DNA of 64,000 bases from the human T2T-CHM13v2.0 reference genome, Homo sapiens, in the NCBI RefSeq assembly GCF_009914755.1, contig NC_060930.1; one strand, given 5' to 3'. Numbering within the stretch: the stretch's first letter is position 1; each line of letters opens with the position of its first letter. This document shows, one piece after another, positions 1 to 17,349 of this stretch. The notes beneath the pieces are model-generated. The model worked only from the letters and a program-made list of their open reading frames with translations, was not told where the DNA came from and did not search any database. The position numbers and the translations under genes were made by a program.

Positions 1-2859
<2,859 letters not shown>

Positions 2860-2899
2860 GATGCTGGTTATTTTGCAGACTTGTTTATGGGATTCATAG

Positions 2900-3850
2900 T
2901 GTCACTGCTCTGTGTACTTCAGTGTGTTTTTGTAGTGACTGGTAATGGTTTTTCCTTTTCATATTTAGTGCTTCCTTTGCAATCCTGATGGCAACAAATT
3001 CCCTCAGCATTTACTTGTCTGAAAAGGATCTTATTTTTTCTTCATTTATAAAGCTTAATTTGGCTGGATATGCAATTCTGGGTTGGAAATTATTTTAAGA
3101 ATGTTGAACATCGCTCCCCAATCTCTTCTGGCTTGTAGGGCTTCTGTTAAGAGGTCTGTTGTTGGTCTGATGGGCCTCCGTTTGTAGGTGACCTGCCCTT
3201 TCTGTCTGACTGTCCTTGATATTTTTTCTTTCATTTTGAACCTGGAGAATCTGATGATTACGTGTCTGGGGGATGATCTTGTGGAGCATCTTACTGGGGT
3301 TCTCTGCATTTCCTGAATTTGAATGTTGGCCTTTCTTGCTAGGTTCTCCTGGATAATCTCCTGAAGTGTTTTCCAACTTGGTTCTATTATCCCATCATTT
3401 TCAGATACCCCAGTCAGTCATAGATTCTGTCTCTTGACATAATCCCATATTTCTCAGAGGTTTTGTTCATTCCTTTTCATTCTTTTTCCTCCATTCTTGT
3501 CTGCCTGTCTAAACGCAGAAAGTCAGTCTTCTAGCTCTGAGGTTCTTTCTTCCACTTGTTCTATTCTGCTATTAATATATGTGATTGCATTGTGAAGTTC
3601 TTGTGATGTTTTTCAGCTCTAACAGGTCAGTTATGTTCCTCTTTAAACTGGCTGTTTTGACTGTTAGCTTCTGTATTGTATTATCATGATTCTTAACTTC
3701 TTTGCTTTGGCTTACAATGTGCTCCTTTACCTCAGCAAAGTTAATTATTACCCACATTGTGAAGCCTACTTCCGTAATTTCAGCCATCTCAGCCTCAGCC
3801 TAGTTCTTAGCCCTTGCTGGAGCAGTGTTGTGGTCATTTGGCAGAAAAGG
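2900..3850 (-). pseudogene. Disrupted L1 ORF1
   Basis: ORF fragments 3055-3309 (PRHVIIRF...QKGQVTYK...LQARRDWG) and 3572-3787 (coiled-coil-like). Boundaries approximate. Confidence 0.8.
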
Positions 3851-4840
3851 GACACTCTGGCTTTTTGAGTTTTCAGTCCTTTTGTTGATGCCTTCTCATC
3901 TTTGTGGGCTTATCTACCTTCAATCTTTGAGGTTGCTGACCTTTGGATGGGGTTTTTGTGTTTTTTCTTTGTTGTTGTTGTTGACTTGCTTTTCTTTTAA
4001 CAGTCTGGCCACTCTTCCATAGGGCTGCTGCAGTTTGCTAGGGGTTCACTCCAGACCCTAGTTGCCTCAGTTCTTCCCATAACTAGAGGTATTGCCAGTG
4101 AAGCCTGCAAAACAACAAAGATGGCAGCCTGCCGCTTCCTCTGGAAGTTCCATCCAGTAGGTACTGACCTATTGCCAGTCTGAACGCATCTGTAGGGGGT
4201 GGTTAGAGACCCTGGTTGTGAGGTCTCACCCAGTCAGGAGGAACAGGATCAGGGACCTACTTAAAGAAGCAGTCTGGCTGCTTTTTCGTATAGCAGCTGT
4301 GCTGTGTTGGGTTTCCTTTCATCCCCTGATTGGTCTGGGCTTTCGAAGGCCCACAGGCTGGACCAGCTGACTAGCCCAAATGACCGAGGTCATGGCCTGC
4401 TCCATCCCTCAGGCACTCTGTCCCAGGGAGAAATTGGAACTCTGTCAACCCCCTGGAACACAGGCAGTGGTTGGAGGTCCTGACTGGAAGGACCTGGCTG
4501 GGAGGACTCACCTCACAAGGGGGAGTGGATCAGGGTCCCACTTAAAGTGAGTTATTTTTTAATCATCATAAAACCATTCAGGAATTCTCTTCTTCTTGAG
4601 TTGCTTTTGTTAAATTCCATTTTTCAAAGAATATATGCATTTTATCTAAATTTGATGTTTTTGACATAAAGTTGTCTTCAGTATCTTCTTATTATATATT
4701 TAATATCTATTGCCACTACAATTATCAACAGTATTTTCAATTCTGCATTAATTATCCTCTCTTCTCTCTTTCTCTCTCACTCCATTAAGGTTGCCAGAGG
4801 CTTATCAATTTTATAATGCTTTCAAAGAATGAAGTCTTTG

Positions 4841-5338
4841 TTCCATATGAATTTTGGAATTGTTCTTTCTAATACTGTGAGAAATGATGTTGGTATTTTG
4901 ATAGCAATTGCACTAAATCTGTAGATTGCTTTGGGAAGTATATGAAAAAATGCTCAATATCACTAATCATCAGGGAAATGTAAATTAAAACCACAGTGAA
5001 ATACCTCCTTATTCCTGCAAGAATGGCCATTATTAAAAAGTGAAAAAACAATAGATGTTGGCATAGATGTGTTGAAAAGGGAATGCTTATACACTGAGTG
5101 TGGGAATGTAAATTAGTACAACCTCTATGTAAAACAGTATAAAGAGTCCTTAAAAAGCTAAAAGTAGATCTACCAGTGGATCCAGCAATCTCACTACTGG
5201 GTATCTACCCAGATAAAAGAAGTCATTATATGAAAAAGACACTGGAACATGTATGTTTATAGCAGTACAATTCACAATTGTACAGATGTGGAACCAACCT
5301 AAGTACCCATCAACTAATGAGTGGATAAAGAAAATATG

Positions 5339-5422
<84 letters not shown>

Positions 5423-5789
5423 GCACCATGGACTACTACTCAGCCATTCAAACAAACAAAATAATGTGCTTTGAAGCAACTTGGATGGAGCCAGAGGCCA
5501 TTATTCTAAGCGAAGTAACACAGGAGTGGAAAACCAAAAACCATATGTTCTCACCTATAAGTGGGAGCCAAGCTATGAGTATGCAAAAGCATACAGAGTG
5601 AAATAATGGACTTTAGAGACTCAGAAGGGGGAGGGTGGGATAGGGGCAGAGACAAAAAGCTACACGTTAGGTACAATATACACTACTCGGGTGACACGTG
5701 CACTAAGATCTCAGAATTCACCACTATATGATTCATCTATTAACCAAAAACCACTTGTACCCCCAAAGCTACTGAAATATACAAAAAAA
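4841..5789 (+). mobile_element. 5'-truncated, 5'-inverted L1 (L1MA-like 3' end): inverted ORF2 piece 4841-4940, sense ORF2 end plus 3'UTR 4941-5789
   Basis: Antisense ORF2 fragment abuts sense TATGAAAAAATGCTCAA...; typical 3'UTR ending in an A-tail; degenerate TSD 4824-4840 / 5784-5799. Confidence 0.85.
5339..5421. repeat. Compound microsatellite (GT)n(AT)n(AG)n
   Basis: Seen directly inside the L1 3' region. Confidence 0.95.
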
Positions 5790-7897
5790 TGAGGTTTTGC
5801 CTTTGCTGATAATCTTTATTTTACATTTCTATTTTATTCATTTCTGTCTTTTTTTCTTGTTTCTAGTTTCATTGCCATTATTCTGATTTTTTCCCTAATT
5901 TCTACAGGTAGACAATTAATTAATTACTTTTCTTCTTTTTTTCTACTATGAGTATAAAAGAGTCTAGATTTTCCCCTTTAGCTGTGCTATAGCTATACAT
6001 CATCAATACTGATATGTAGTACTTTCATTATTGCTTGATTAAAAATATTTCCTGATTTTTGTTATTCCTTTTTTCTATATCACATATTTATTTCCAAATA
6101 TATGTATGTTTTTGAATTAACTTTATTTATATTAAATTTAATTGCATGAAAGTCCAAGGATAAGTTCTTTATGATGCAAAATTTTTGAAATTGGTTGATC
6201 CTTTATGGCCTGGTGAATGTCAACTTTCATAATATTCATTGTGCAATTTAATAGATGTATTCTGCTATTTCTACATATAATGTTTTACTACATTTGTAAT
6301 CTGAAACTAGTTAACTGCATTAATCTCATCTTTTGATTTATTAATGACTGAAAGAAGTGAATTATAGTCTTCTACCAATAATTTACATTTTTGAATTTGC
6401 CTTGATTGGTTTTAACCTTCTCTTGCCTGGCTTTGAATGTAAACTATTGTCATTTTTGTGGGATTCACTTATTAATTTTTTCCTAGTTATTCCACCCAAT
6501 TACACAACTCCAAACAATATATTTTAGTTCTGCCTACTTTTGAAATCCATATAATTGTATTACACAGGATGTATGGTGGTGTGTCTGGCTTCTTTCTCTC
6601 AGTACACCTGATCATGTTGAGTATAGCTGTATTTTTTTTCTTAATTGATGTATATTGCTCTGTTTTATGACTAAATTATAATTTATCTACTGAAGTGTTC
6701 AGAACATTATCAATTCATCACAATTCTTGGAATTCATGCTGCAAATACAGATAAAACCAGCTTATTTTTGCTAATCCTCAGGATAAGTTTTTACACCTTC
6801 AATCAGTACCAATGTTCAGAACAGGTGATTTTCTTTGGCATCCCTTGGAGGGGTTAGTTATTTCTAGTTTACCTCTTTTTACCTTGCGTTTTTATGTCCT
6901 ATCCTCTGAGTCCCATGAAACAAAGACTCACTCGGTTTTGCCAATGCCCTCAAGGGAAAAACCAGCTTCAGTGTTCCACCTATTTCTTTTAGTATCAACT
7001 TCATTTAGTATTTGTCCTATTTATTTGTTTCTTGTCAGCAACCTTATGTGTATAAGATGTCCTTTTTATAATACCCAAATAGTAGTTGCCGTTAGTAAGA
7101 GACTCTGTCTTAATACTTAATTCACTGTATTGCAAGAAAAGGAGGTAACTCTGTGTACTTCTTCAGTGTGCTCCTGTGGCAATTTTTAAAATAGACCCAA
7201 ATTATTTTTACAGTCCTGCAATTGAAAAATAGAGTCTGTATACCCTCTTCTTGAATCTGGCCCTTTGATTGTTTGAACAGTGGAATAAACTGCAAGTGCT
7301 AACTTCCAGGCCCAAGCCTTGTAAAAATGGCAGCATGCACTTCTCATCTTTTGGGACATTTGCTCTTTCAAATTACATGATACGTGCAACAGTTTACTTG
7401 GTGTAACTGACCTACTAGTTGACCCGCTGGTCAATAATCTCAGTCACTGAGCCCGGCAACTCAAAGTCATGGTCTCAACCATTATTCTACGTATTTTGCA
7501 TAACTCATCAGTGCAGTAAATATATACCAAAGTAGTCATAACGTTTGCAAAGAAAAGACAGAGATCACGATAAGAGTGTAATTAATTACTTCATTCATAT
7601 TTAATATAAGCAATGGGGCTAAACATCTATTGAACATCAAATATTAATAATATAAAACATATAACAAGAAATAGGTTGGTGTTTTTAAGCACATGATATA
7701 TTATTTGGGAAAAAAGTCTTCTGAAAGATATAAAGTGAAGGATCACTTGATATGAAATAAATATAAAAGGCAAATAATACTTGTCTAAAGTAGCTATTCT
7801 TACTGTGGTGATTATAATCTTATAGGGGTTTTTAAAATATACAAATGACCAAATCCCATTAAAACCCAAGAAGGGAAGGTTTAGATGAACTGGTTAA

Positions 7898-8078
7898 AGC
7901 ACTAGTTTTCAATGATGGCTGAATATTATAACTATTTATGGACCTTTAATACAAATTTCCAGGATGTATTCCAGGCCAATTAAATCAGGATCTTTTGGTG
8001 TGGGACTCATGCTGCATCAATATATTTTAAAGGTCCCCAGCTTTTCCATGTTTATCCAAAGTTGAAAACTCTGGTCTA
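7898..8078. mobile_element. MER5-type hAT-Charlie DNA transposon relic
   Basis: CCAGGCCAATTAAATCAGGATC...AAGTTGAAAACTCTGGTCTA resembles the MER5 core and terminus. Confidence 0.6.
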
Positions 8079-8399
8079 AAATATCTGATTGATTGCATAT
8101 ATTGTTGTAATTCAAGAAAAATACTTTTAAAATTAAAAGTTCTATATACTTAACTGAATTTGCATTTCCATGATCAATCCAATCAAAATTAATATAAAAT
8201 TTGAAAAAGCAAATTCTCCTAGAAAGAAAAACTCAGTGATGTATAGAAAAATTGAAATAAAATGGCATATTTAACTTGGAAAAATTAGGAAAGCTTTTTT
8301 AATCTAGAAAGTGAACTGCTCAATTCAGTCCAAAGTCAGAACCTAACATGAATTAAATACCATGCAAATGTGGCTTCTCTCTCAAGTAAATGAGCAAAA

Positions 8400-8640
8400 T
8401 ATTGAATGCATTTCACTTATTTATAAAAAATTATTGATCAACTTTATATTTTAGTCACTAAATGTTTGAGACATAGCAGTGAGAAAAATTAAAGAAGATT
8501 CCAAACCTCCTCACATAATCAAATGGGGAGACAGAAACTAAACAAAAAACTCATGCAAATATCTGTGTAATGATGAGTTGTGAAAGGGGCTATGAAGGAA
8601 AGATTCATGGTGCTATAAGACCTCTTACAGAATAATTTGG
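8400..8640 (-). mobile_element. L2 fragment
   Basis: Degenerate L2 antisense phrases (GAGACATAGCAGTGAG...ATGGGGAGACAG...GCTATGAAGGAAA). Confidence 0.45.
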
Positions 8641-8654
8641 CAAAAGTGACAGTA

Positions 8655-8885
8655 TGCTAGCTTTAAGGCCCAAAGTTTAAGGAACTGGGAGCTTCCAATT
8701 CCTGTCTATCCAGACCCTCACTCTTGAATTTCAGACATCTTGATTTAAGGAAGCCCAAGCAGCCAGTGAAGAGACATACGTGGAGAAGAACGAATGCCCC
8801 TGGACCATAGCTAACAGCCAATACCCACTTGTCAGCCATGGACATGAGCAATCTTGAAAAGTCAGTCATAGAGCCCACCTCGCTT
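8655..8885 (+). mobile_element. Old MLT1-type MaLR LTR fragment
   Basis: GGAAGCCCAAGCAGCC...GAGACATACGTGGAGAAGAAC...TCAGCCATG resembles MLT1 internal motifs. Confidence 0.45.
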
Positions 8886-11280
8886 CCTCCAGTGTGGAGA
8901 TCAAGAAGGGCTTCTCACAAAGATTGTGTCTAAAGAGGGAGCAGGAGGTATAGCATGTACAAAGGCCTCTGGAAGAAAGCGTGCTTACAGTTATGGCCTA
9001 TCTGCAAGCCAGAATATTTTAGTTGGGCAATTAACTGGATTATATGCAAAACTGTTGAATGTTACTCAGTATATGTTCTGAGTTAGAAAACAATGGAAAC
9101 ACAAATATGTTTTATATAAAACATCACTATCAACAAGACACATAATGGTATCAAAGAAAAAAAACAGTATTTAGTTTAAAATGTGACTAATGGTACATAC
9201 AGATGAGTTGAAAGATATTTTTAAAATCCACTCTTTAATTTTCATATGCACTCTTGTTCACTAGAATATTATTCTATATTTTTAAACCACAAATAATGAC
9301 TTTTTTTGGTCCAGCAGAATTATATAACACCTATAAACTTGATTTTTTCCTATTGTTATTTTGAATTATAAGGAGGTGGAAAAGTGTTCTTACCAACTTC
9401 TATGAAATACTTATATTGAGTTGAGCTTTATGAGTTCAAATAGTCATACTTGAAAATTGAGTTTCAACCCACTGATTACAAGTTGTACTCTCACTGTTCT
9501 AAGCATATCCTTGCATAAATATTCTGAAGTAAAGAGGAACTGGAAGATTAGTGAAGCATCATCATCTTATTCAGCTCTTTGTCTGTCATTTGGAAACAAA
9601 TATATGTTGAAATATCTTCCTGTCCATGTATTGACCTCCTTCCTAGCACTTGCCAAGATGTGATTGAAACTAATGATACAGTGTTAAGGCTCAGTGCAAA
9701 TCCTGACATGTGATGGATTAAAGCACAGAATTAGTCAGACCTTATGATTTTCAGACAGCTTCTGCAGCTGTTTGTTTTTGATACACCAATGAGATGAATT
9801 GAGCATGAATTTTTATCATTTTCAACAGTGCTCAAATACATCCGTGACCTATCAGCTCTTTCTAGAAAGCCCAAGCACTCTCCTTAGCCTCACTGAGGTC
9901 TCCAATACCAGTAAAAAAATTATAATTTCTTGAGTTAAGTACTCACCTGCACAATAGATCATGCTGTCCCCCTTTTTTAATGTGCCGCATTGGGTATTAA
10001 TAGTGTTCAGATTTATTTTCCATAATTCAGAACTTGGCTTATAAAATATTAAAATGCTTATTAATGTTTGGAAAAGTGGCAGAGGCAATAATATGGATTG
10101 CAAGCAGCACACGGCTGTACTTCCACCACATACTAATTAGCCACACATATAAAATACCTTGATTAAATTTCGTCTTCATTGTTCAGAAGGCGAATAGAAA
10201 AGAGGACATAGAAAACACATTTACAGATGCTTAGGACAAGCCAGTGTTTATCTGAAACTTTAACCTTTAGCCCAAACTGGTCAAATAATACTTATGAACA
10301 CATATTATATATAGTAATTGTAAAAGGTTCCTTACCTTCTCATGCATAAAAAGAAAAGTGAATCCCTTACGTTACTAAAAAACAAAATAAAACCCATATA
10401 CTTTCAAATTATGAATCTTCTGTGCTTCTCAATCATCATCATCAGGTACAGCACTTTTTTTCCCCCAAGAATAATGAATTCAACTTGTTTCATTCACCGT
10501 TTTGACTGACACCTGTAACCTGCATTTGCAAAATACATAAAAAGATTATAGATGCACTGTCTGCCCACAGAGTAGTATGGCACATCTACAGTGCTCTGTT
10601 CAGGGGATCCCACTAATCGAAAACTAAAATTATTTTGCAAAATCATACACATAGTATATAATATCTATATTTCTAAAAATAGAAAGCTCTAGTAACACCA
10701 TCTTTTATGTTTTGATACCAATCACCAATGTAGTAGTCAATATTAAGCAAAATGAAGAATAAATTAAACCAGTACTAAATAATTATTTTGTTTTGTTTAA
10801 TTTTAACAGGATAAATTTATAAAAACATGCTTTAAAGGGCTTTTGAAAATTAAAGTGCTTTTGACCTGTTTGCCACTTAATGATCTATGTTGGAATGGAA
10901 GATAAACAGAGTGAAAAATTTAGCACAAGGCGAAATAAATCCCCCATTACTGGAATTTTTCGGAGCATACTGCTAATGCTCCAATTTCTCCAACAACCTC
11001 AATTAATGAATTAATCACAAATAAGCACATCTCTCCCATATATTCAAGTGGCTAAGGTCCATTTTGCATTTCTCCTCTGGGTAACCCACTTGCTTCCACT
11101 GTGAGAGTATATCCTGCCTCTCTTATTACTAGTAAGGGACACTGGAAAACTATTTCAATTTTATGGAACGTAGTTTTTCAGTCTTTCAGATAGAAATAAC
11201 GACACCTACCTCAAATGATACAATTAAATGAGACTGTTTATATGAATCACAAATTACAATGTAATTCTTTTAAGAAGTAT

Positions 11281-11650
11281 TAGCTCCTAGTGGATAGTTA
11301 CCCTAACTCCCCCAATTTCATATATTAAAACCCTAATCCCCAATGTGATGGCATTTGAAGAAAGGGTATTGGGGAAGGAATTAAGTATTGAGGGCGAAAT
11401 CCTTATGATGGGATTAGTGCCCTGATAAGAAGAGACACAAGAAAAAAAGCTTGCTTCCTCTCTGTTTTCTACCATGTGAGGACACAACTAGAAGACAGCT
11501 ATCTGCAAACCAGAAGGTGGGCATCACTAGACACTGGATCTGCTGGCACCTTCATTTTTAACTTCCAGGCCTCCAGAACTGTAAGAAACAGATGTTTGTT
11601 GTTTAAGCCACCAATCTAAGAGATTTTGTTATAGAAGCCCAAACTAAGAT
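11281..11650 (+). mobile_element. MLT1A-like MaLR solo LTR
   Basis: CCTAATCCCCAATGTGATGG...GATGGGATTAGTGCCCT...CTCCAGAACTGTAAGAAA...AAACTAAGA. Confidence 0.8.
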
Positions 11651-11939
11651 ATATAATAGCAATAATTTCTGGAATTGCATTTAATATTTTCATTAATCTG
11701 AAATTTTAGAAAGTTATAAGAATTATGAAGGGCAGAATAGAAATTAAAGTATTATAAATGTCAATTAGATGATTATTTTCTATATCTCCTAAATCACAAT
11801 GCTACAAATATGAAGACTTTCTGTGTTTATCCTTCTTTTCATTAGAGAATTTATTTATATTTCAGATAGATTTTGTATGCTTTTAACGGCAGTCCATAGA
11901 TTAAATTCAATATTCTTAAGAAGTACTTCATAAGGAAAT

Positions 11940-12243
11940 TATTTATTCATTTTTAGACACAGGGTCTCACTGGATCCCTCAGTTTAGAGTGCAGAAGCGC
12001 AATCATGGCTTATCACAGCCCCAACCTCCTTGGCACAGGCGATCCTCCCAACTCAAACTCCCATGTAGCTGGAACTACAGGCACATGCCACCACACCTGG
12101 CAAAAAAAAAAAAAAAAAAACTTACAGAGATAGGGTCTCATTTTGTTGCCCAGGCTGTTCTTAAACTCCTGGGCTCAAGCTATCCTCCTCCCTCAGCCTC
12201 CCAGTGTGCTGAGATTACAGGCATGAGCCACCACACCTGGCCT
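11940..12243 (-). mobile_element. AluJ (old)
   Basis: Antisense Alu with J-type CTGGGCTCAAGCTATCCTCC; diverged; internal A run. Confidence 0.85.
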
Positions 12244-12295
12244 GAAAGGAAATTATGTGATTTTCATTCAGAGAAGATTGGCAAGCCATCTTTGA

Positions 12296-12463
12296 TCACA
12301 TATATAGTGTGTATATATATATATGTATCACCACCTTTCATATATACACACACATATATTTATATATATGTGTGAATACCTACACATATGTGTATTAGGC
12401 TAATACATATATCTTGTGTGTGTGTATATATATATATATACACACACATATTTTTTGTGTATA

Positions 12464-12497
<34 letters not shown>

Positions 12498-12500
12498 TAT
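12296..12500. repeat. (TA)/(CA)/(TG) low-complexity tract
   Basis: Seen directly. Confidence 0.85.
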
Positions 12501-13349
12501 CTTGTGATCTTAACTGAGCAAGAGTGGAGTTTCAAGTGAATGCACACAAGCACACAAGGTATTGCAAGTACTACAAACAATTGGATAACTAGTTGCAAGT
12601 CCACTGGCAGGAATTATTAAGAGGAAGTGATCTTCCATGAAAGGAATATCCTGACTGGTAACTGTGCATTAGCTGGCATTATTGTTGATGAACCATCAGA
12701 ATATGAATTATGGAATAACTCAAAAGACTAAGAAATTCTTATTTACTCTTTGAGAATGAGAATTACATTTTTATTGATGTGAAATCTACTGTGAATAATA
12801 GATATATTATGACACATTGGCCCAGAAGGATTAATATGCACTACATTTTTTGTTGTTTATCTGCTGTTTTATCTTAAGCCCTGAGGCTTTCATTGAGACC
12901 AAGGTTAAATAAAATCAAGAAATAGGAAATGTCTCCCTCTCTCTTCCTTTCGCCCCATACAACCTACTCCTGTCTCCTCCTGCCCCCACCAAAAAGATTA
13001 GAGAAGCACCATCCCTACTGTAGATAAGTAAGTTAAAACAAGATGATGGAATTTTTAAATTATTAAAGAAGATATGTAAATATATTTTGTTTATGTTTAC
13101 TAAGAGGATATTTTGCAGGTATATGACTGAATACTAAACTTATCATCAGAAATATCTGCTAGAGGATCTTGTTACTTCCTATGCAGTATATACTATATGT
13201 ATGATGTTTCTCTTTAAGTTTACATATAAAAATATATAACTTTATAATACCAGTCCTTCTGAATTTGCTCTCTATTTAAATCATTTTCCTCCATATTGTG
13301 ATACATTGTTAAACCATTTACTATTATTGAAGCTTTTATTAGTATTCAG

Positions 13350-13525
13350 CAATATTTATTAACCTTCGAGAAAGTCACTGACCTCATTTAAGAAGGTAAT
13401 GAAAGCCATTCCAGAAAAAATGCACACAAACATGAGCACACATAGTTTCCTACAATGCCAAGAAGCTCATACATATGCTACAGCTCATCCACAGACCAGA
13501 CTGATTAGACTTAAGAAATCCTGAC
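13350..13525. mobile_element. Probable MER103-like hAT-Charlie relic, followed by a MIR fragment (~13570-13700)
   Basis: CCAGAAAAAATGCACAC...CTCATCCACAGACC...TTAAGAAATCCTG phrasing. Confidence 0.4.
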
Positions 13526-16500
13526 CAAAGGCTCTTTCACCCTGAGGCTACATAGCATTCATGCTTTTGAAAGTCCACAGAGCTTTAAGTTAAAAGACAT
13601 GGGTTCCTACCCAAATTCCACTTCTTAATTAACTTTAGCATCCTCATTTATAAAATACGAAGTGGTCTCTTTGGTCTTGTCCTACCTAAAATTCTCTGGG
13701 TCTAGGCAAATAAGTTGCTTTAAGGAAAAAAAAAAAGGCTCTATTTGAAAATTACAAAAGAAAAGCAGATATACAATATGAACAAGGTTTTGTATTTTTC
13801 TATAATTTATTAACATAAGAAACCTTGAAAAGAAAATATATGTGCCATCTGAATTTTGTTAATAAACATGACTTTATGGCTTTTGAAAAAGTAAATTGGC
13901 TTTTAAGGGCCATATTTACGTATGATTATATGAACCATGCTTGCATATTCTTTTGTTTTCCTTTTCAGGAGTGTTTTAAGGATATTAAATAATAAGTTAA
14001 TTGAGTAGAAGTATATGGCTGACTTAAATATTGAGACAATACATTCATTTTTATAATTAATACTATATTTTGCAAGTGTCTGAATATTTGAAAGGAACCG
14101 ACTGCCATTGACTATTGATACTGACCCAGCTTTCACACTGACAAAGGAATTATATATAATGTCATCAACAAATCTGATCTGATCATCTTTGGTTGTCTTA
14201 GCTTAATTTTAAATTTGAAAAGTAAAGAGTGAGCATACTTGCAATTGGGGATGTCTTAATACACATATCTTCCATCACTGACTTCACATGTAATTTTCTG
14301 AGCACATGAAGTAGATCATCATGTGATAGACAGAATCTAATTCTTTTTCTCCAGAAATTGGGGGAAATTTCCAGCAGTAAAGAAAACAAGAGAGGATATA
14401 TTTCACTTGCAAAAATATTAAGGAATTCCTGTGAGATACAGGACACAAGAGACCTGAATGAAGGAAGGACTCATTCAAAACTCTCATCCTGTGAGAGAGT
14501 ATCTTTGCTGGAAGTAAGTGGAAAGCACTGTCACAGGATGTGGAATGTGAAACTTAGGAAGTCATAGCAGAGGCAAAGTGTGCAGTAAGCTTGTGGGAGG
14601 AGCACATCAACCCTACAACCACTGTATCCTTGAATCAAGATTTTATGACTTTTTTTCTGCATTACACATGACATAAAGATAGTTTTGTCATTCAGCAAAG
14701 GACACCATCATTTTCAAAATTCAGCAAACATGACAAGCAACAACAAGAAATACATTAGCTATCTGTATTAACTGCCACTAAGTTAAATTCTGGACCACAT
14801 ATCTCTGTTTCACTAAGTAGCTAAGTTTCTAAAGTATTATCATTGAAAGTAACACAATGCTAAATTTTACACTGTCTGTGCTTCTAGGCCTATTGGACAT
14901 ACGTTGATATCCGCATGAATCTAAGGGATAGCTTTCAACTCAAATTTCCTTTCAGCCAAATCTGAGAATGTATAAGTGTTCAAATCCTTTTCTTTAAGGA
15001 CACAGAAATGGAAACAAGTCACCATACTTACAAAAGATAAGCACTGTGGTTCTAAAGAGGACCTGTTTGGAAAACTCTGTCTCTCTGAAATAAATGGTAA
15101 AAAAGAAGAGAAGGGAGAAACACATAGAAAATTTCTATTTGGTGTTTTCAAAAATAGTCAAAGCAGCATTGCATCTGAGAAATTAGGGCAGCAATTATAA
15201 AGAGAGAATAAATTTAGATCAGTAAATATAGTATGAGTATGATTAAATGACAACTAATTTAAAAATATTATGAGAGACAATAGCAGAATATTGAATAATC
15301 AAGAAAATTACATTGGCCAAGGAAAGCACAAACACATTCTCAAAATTCAAAAGACAGTGACAAAGAGAATAAAATAATAAGAAAAATTTAAAATGGAGAG
15401 CAGATTCAATCTACTTATAAATAAGAATTACAAAAAAGGGAAAGCAGATTATTGAAATTTGGTAAGCCTGGGTGTTCAAACCCATGAGGCTGTACCAGGA
15501 ATCAAAGCTGTGGAGTAGAACAAATATTATACCCCCGAGATCTTTCACAAATGAGGACCATTTCAGTGGAGCTGAAGTCTGCATCTTACATTAGTTATAG
15601 GAAAGTGAGAGAAGATCCAGATTTTCAAGACAATGGGAGCAGACGCATGCACACACAAATGTGTGTGTTATATATTTGAAATAAAATAAAATAACATTAC
15701 AGAACTGAGAGTAAACATGTTGATCATTCCAATATATGTAACTGGACATAATACACCTATTAGAAGAATAAGTAAGTTCATACTGACTAACAAAGCAAAA
15801 TCCAATTACATACTACATATAAGACAGAAAGATAGCCAGAGATATAATAAATGAAAATAAAGAGAAAGCAAGAGTCGAAATCTTGTTATCCAACAAAATA
15901 AAACTTAGAATTAAAAAATGTTAAAAATGACAAAGAAGGGCACTTTATAAAGCTAAGACTATAATTCACCATGAGAATATAATAATTATTACTATTTTTG
16001 AATCCAACGAAAACAATTTTCATAGAGCAGAAACTTTAGTCTTGGAAGAATTAAATATAAATAACTAATGATAGACACCACCTTTCTCTCACTTGAAGAT
16101 GGAAAAAGTGGGCAAGATACTGATAGGAATAGAGAAGACCTAAGCAACACCATCAAGTGAACTACGTCTCCAGGTATCCCCCAACAGGGGATAGGTATCC
16201 AGTTATTCTCCCAACTGTAGGGAATGTATATTTTTTGGAAACCTTAATTTACTAAAATTGATTTTAGTAAAGAATAGAAAAAGTTGTAAAAGATCCTCCA
16301 CAGCCCTCAGGAAAGAGAGAGGAAAAAGTGGGAGACACAATTGGTTTAACCAGAATTGTGATGACTAGATAATTCCATTGCTGCTTGAGCTGATCCAGAG
16401 AGTAAACAAGAAAAACTTACAAATTATTTTTATGAGACAAATATGATGTGACTTTGAACAAAAACATAATCACACAAAAAGGACAGTATTGATCAGTCTT

Positions 16501-16560
16501 CCCCATGGATATTATGGCAGAAATCTAAAATATTAGCCAAGTGAATCCAACATCATATTA

Positions 16561-16901
<341 letters not shown>

Positions 16902-17349
16902 TCATGAGGGGTTTATTTCAGGAATATAAGAATGGATCAATATTAAGAAAGCCATTAATTTAATCATTGTAATAGATCTAAGAAGAAAAAGCATTATGAA
17001 TATCTCTTCAGATCTTATAAGACACTTGACAACATTTACAATCCTTTCATGTTAAAAGAATTCAATAAAATAGAAAGTTACTTCTTAACTTTCTTAACAC
17101 ACACTCACTCATACACACAACATTATTGCACATTAGGTGAAATAATAGACGTATTCCTACTAAAGTAAGACAAAGAAAAGGATTCTTACTATCTCAACTA
17201 TAATTGAACATTGAATTAAAATAATTGACAAGTGAAAACAACTAAATTCAATAATTTTTAAAGGACCACATAAAACTATCTCTATTTACGGGAAAATCAT
17301 TATGTATCTAGAAATCTTCTACCAAAAATATTAACAGAAAAATTGTTAT

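Larger units (their letters stand above)
4549..6700 (-). mobile_element. Ancient L1M-type fragments, interrupted by the younger L1 at 4841-5789
   Basis: Degenerate T-rich L1 antisense phrases (e.g. GCCAGAGGCTTATCAATTTT...TTCAAAGAA; AGCTGTGCTATAGCTATACATC). Confidence 0.55.

Noticed and set aside
11989-12375. 128-aa ORF and other Alu-derived ORFs (16558, 17372, 28295, 51962, 59846)
   Set aside because: Typical translations of Alu sequence with no independent gene evidence.
13903-14446. Two adjacent minus-strand ORFs in unique DNA that look protein-like
   Set aside because: No recognisable domain and no convincing donor sites; the lengths are expected by chance.
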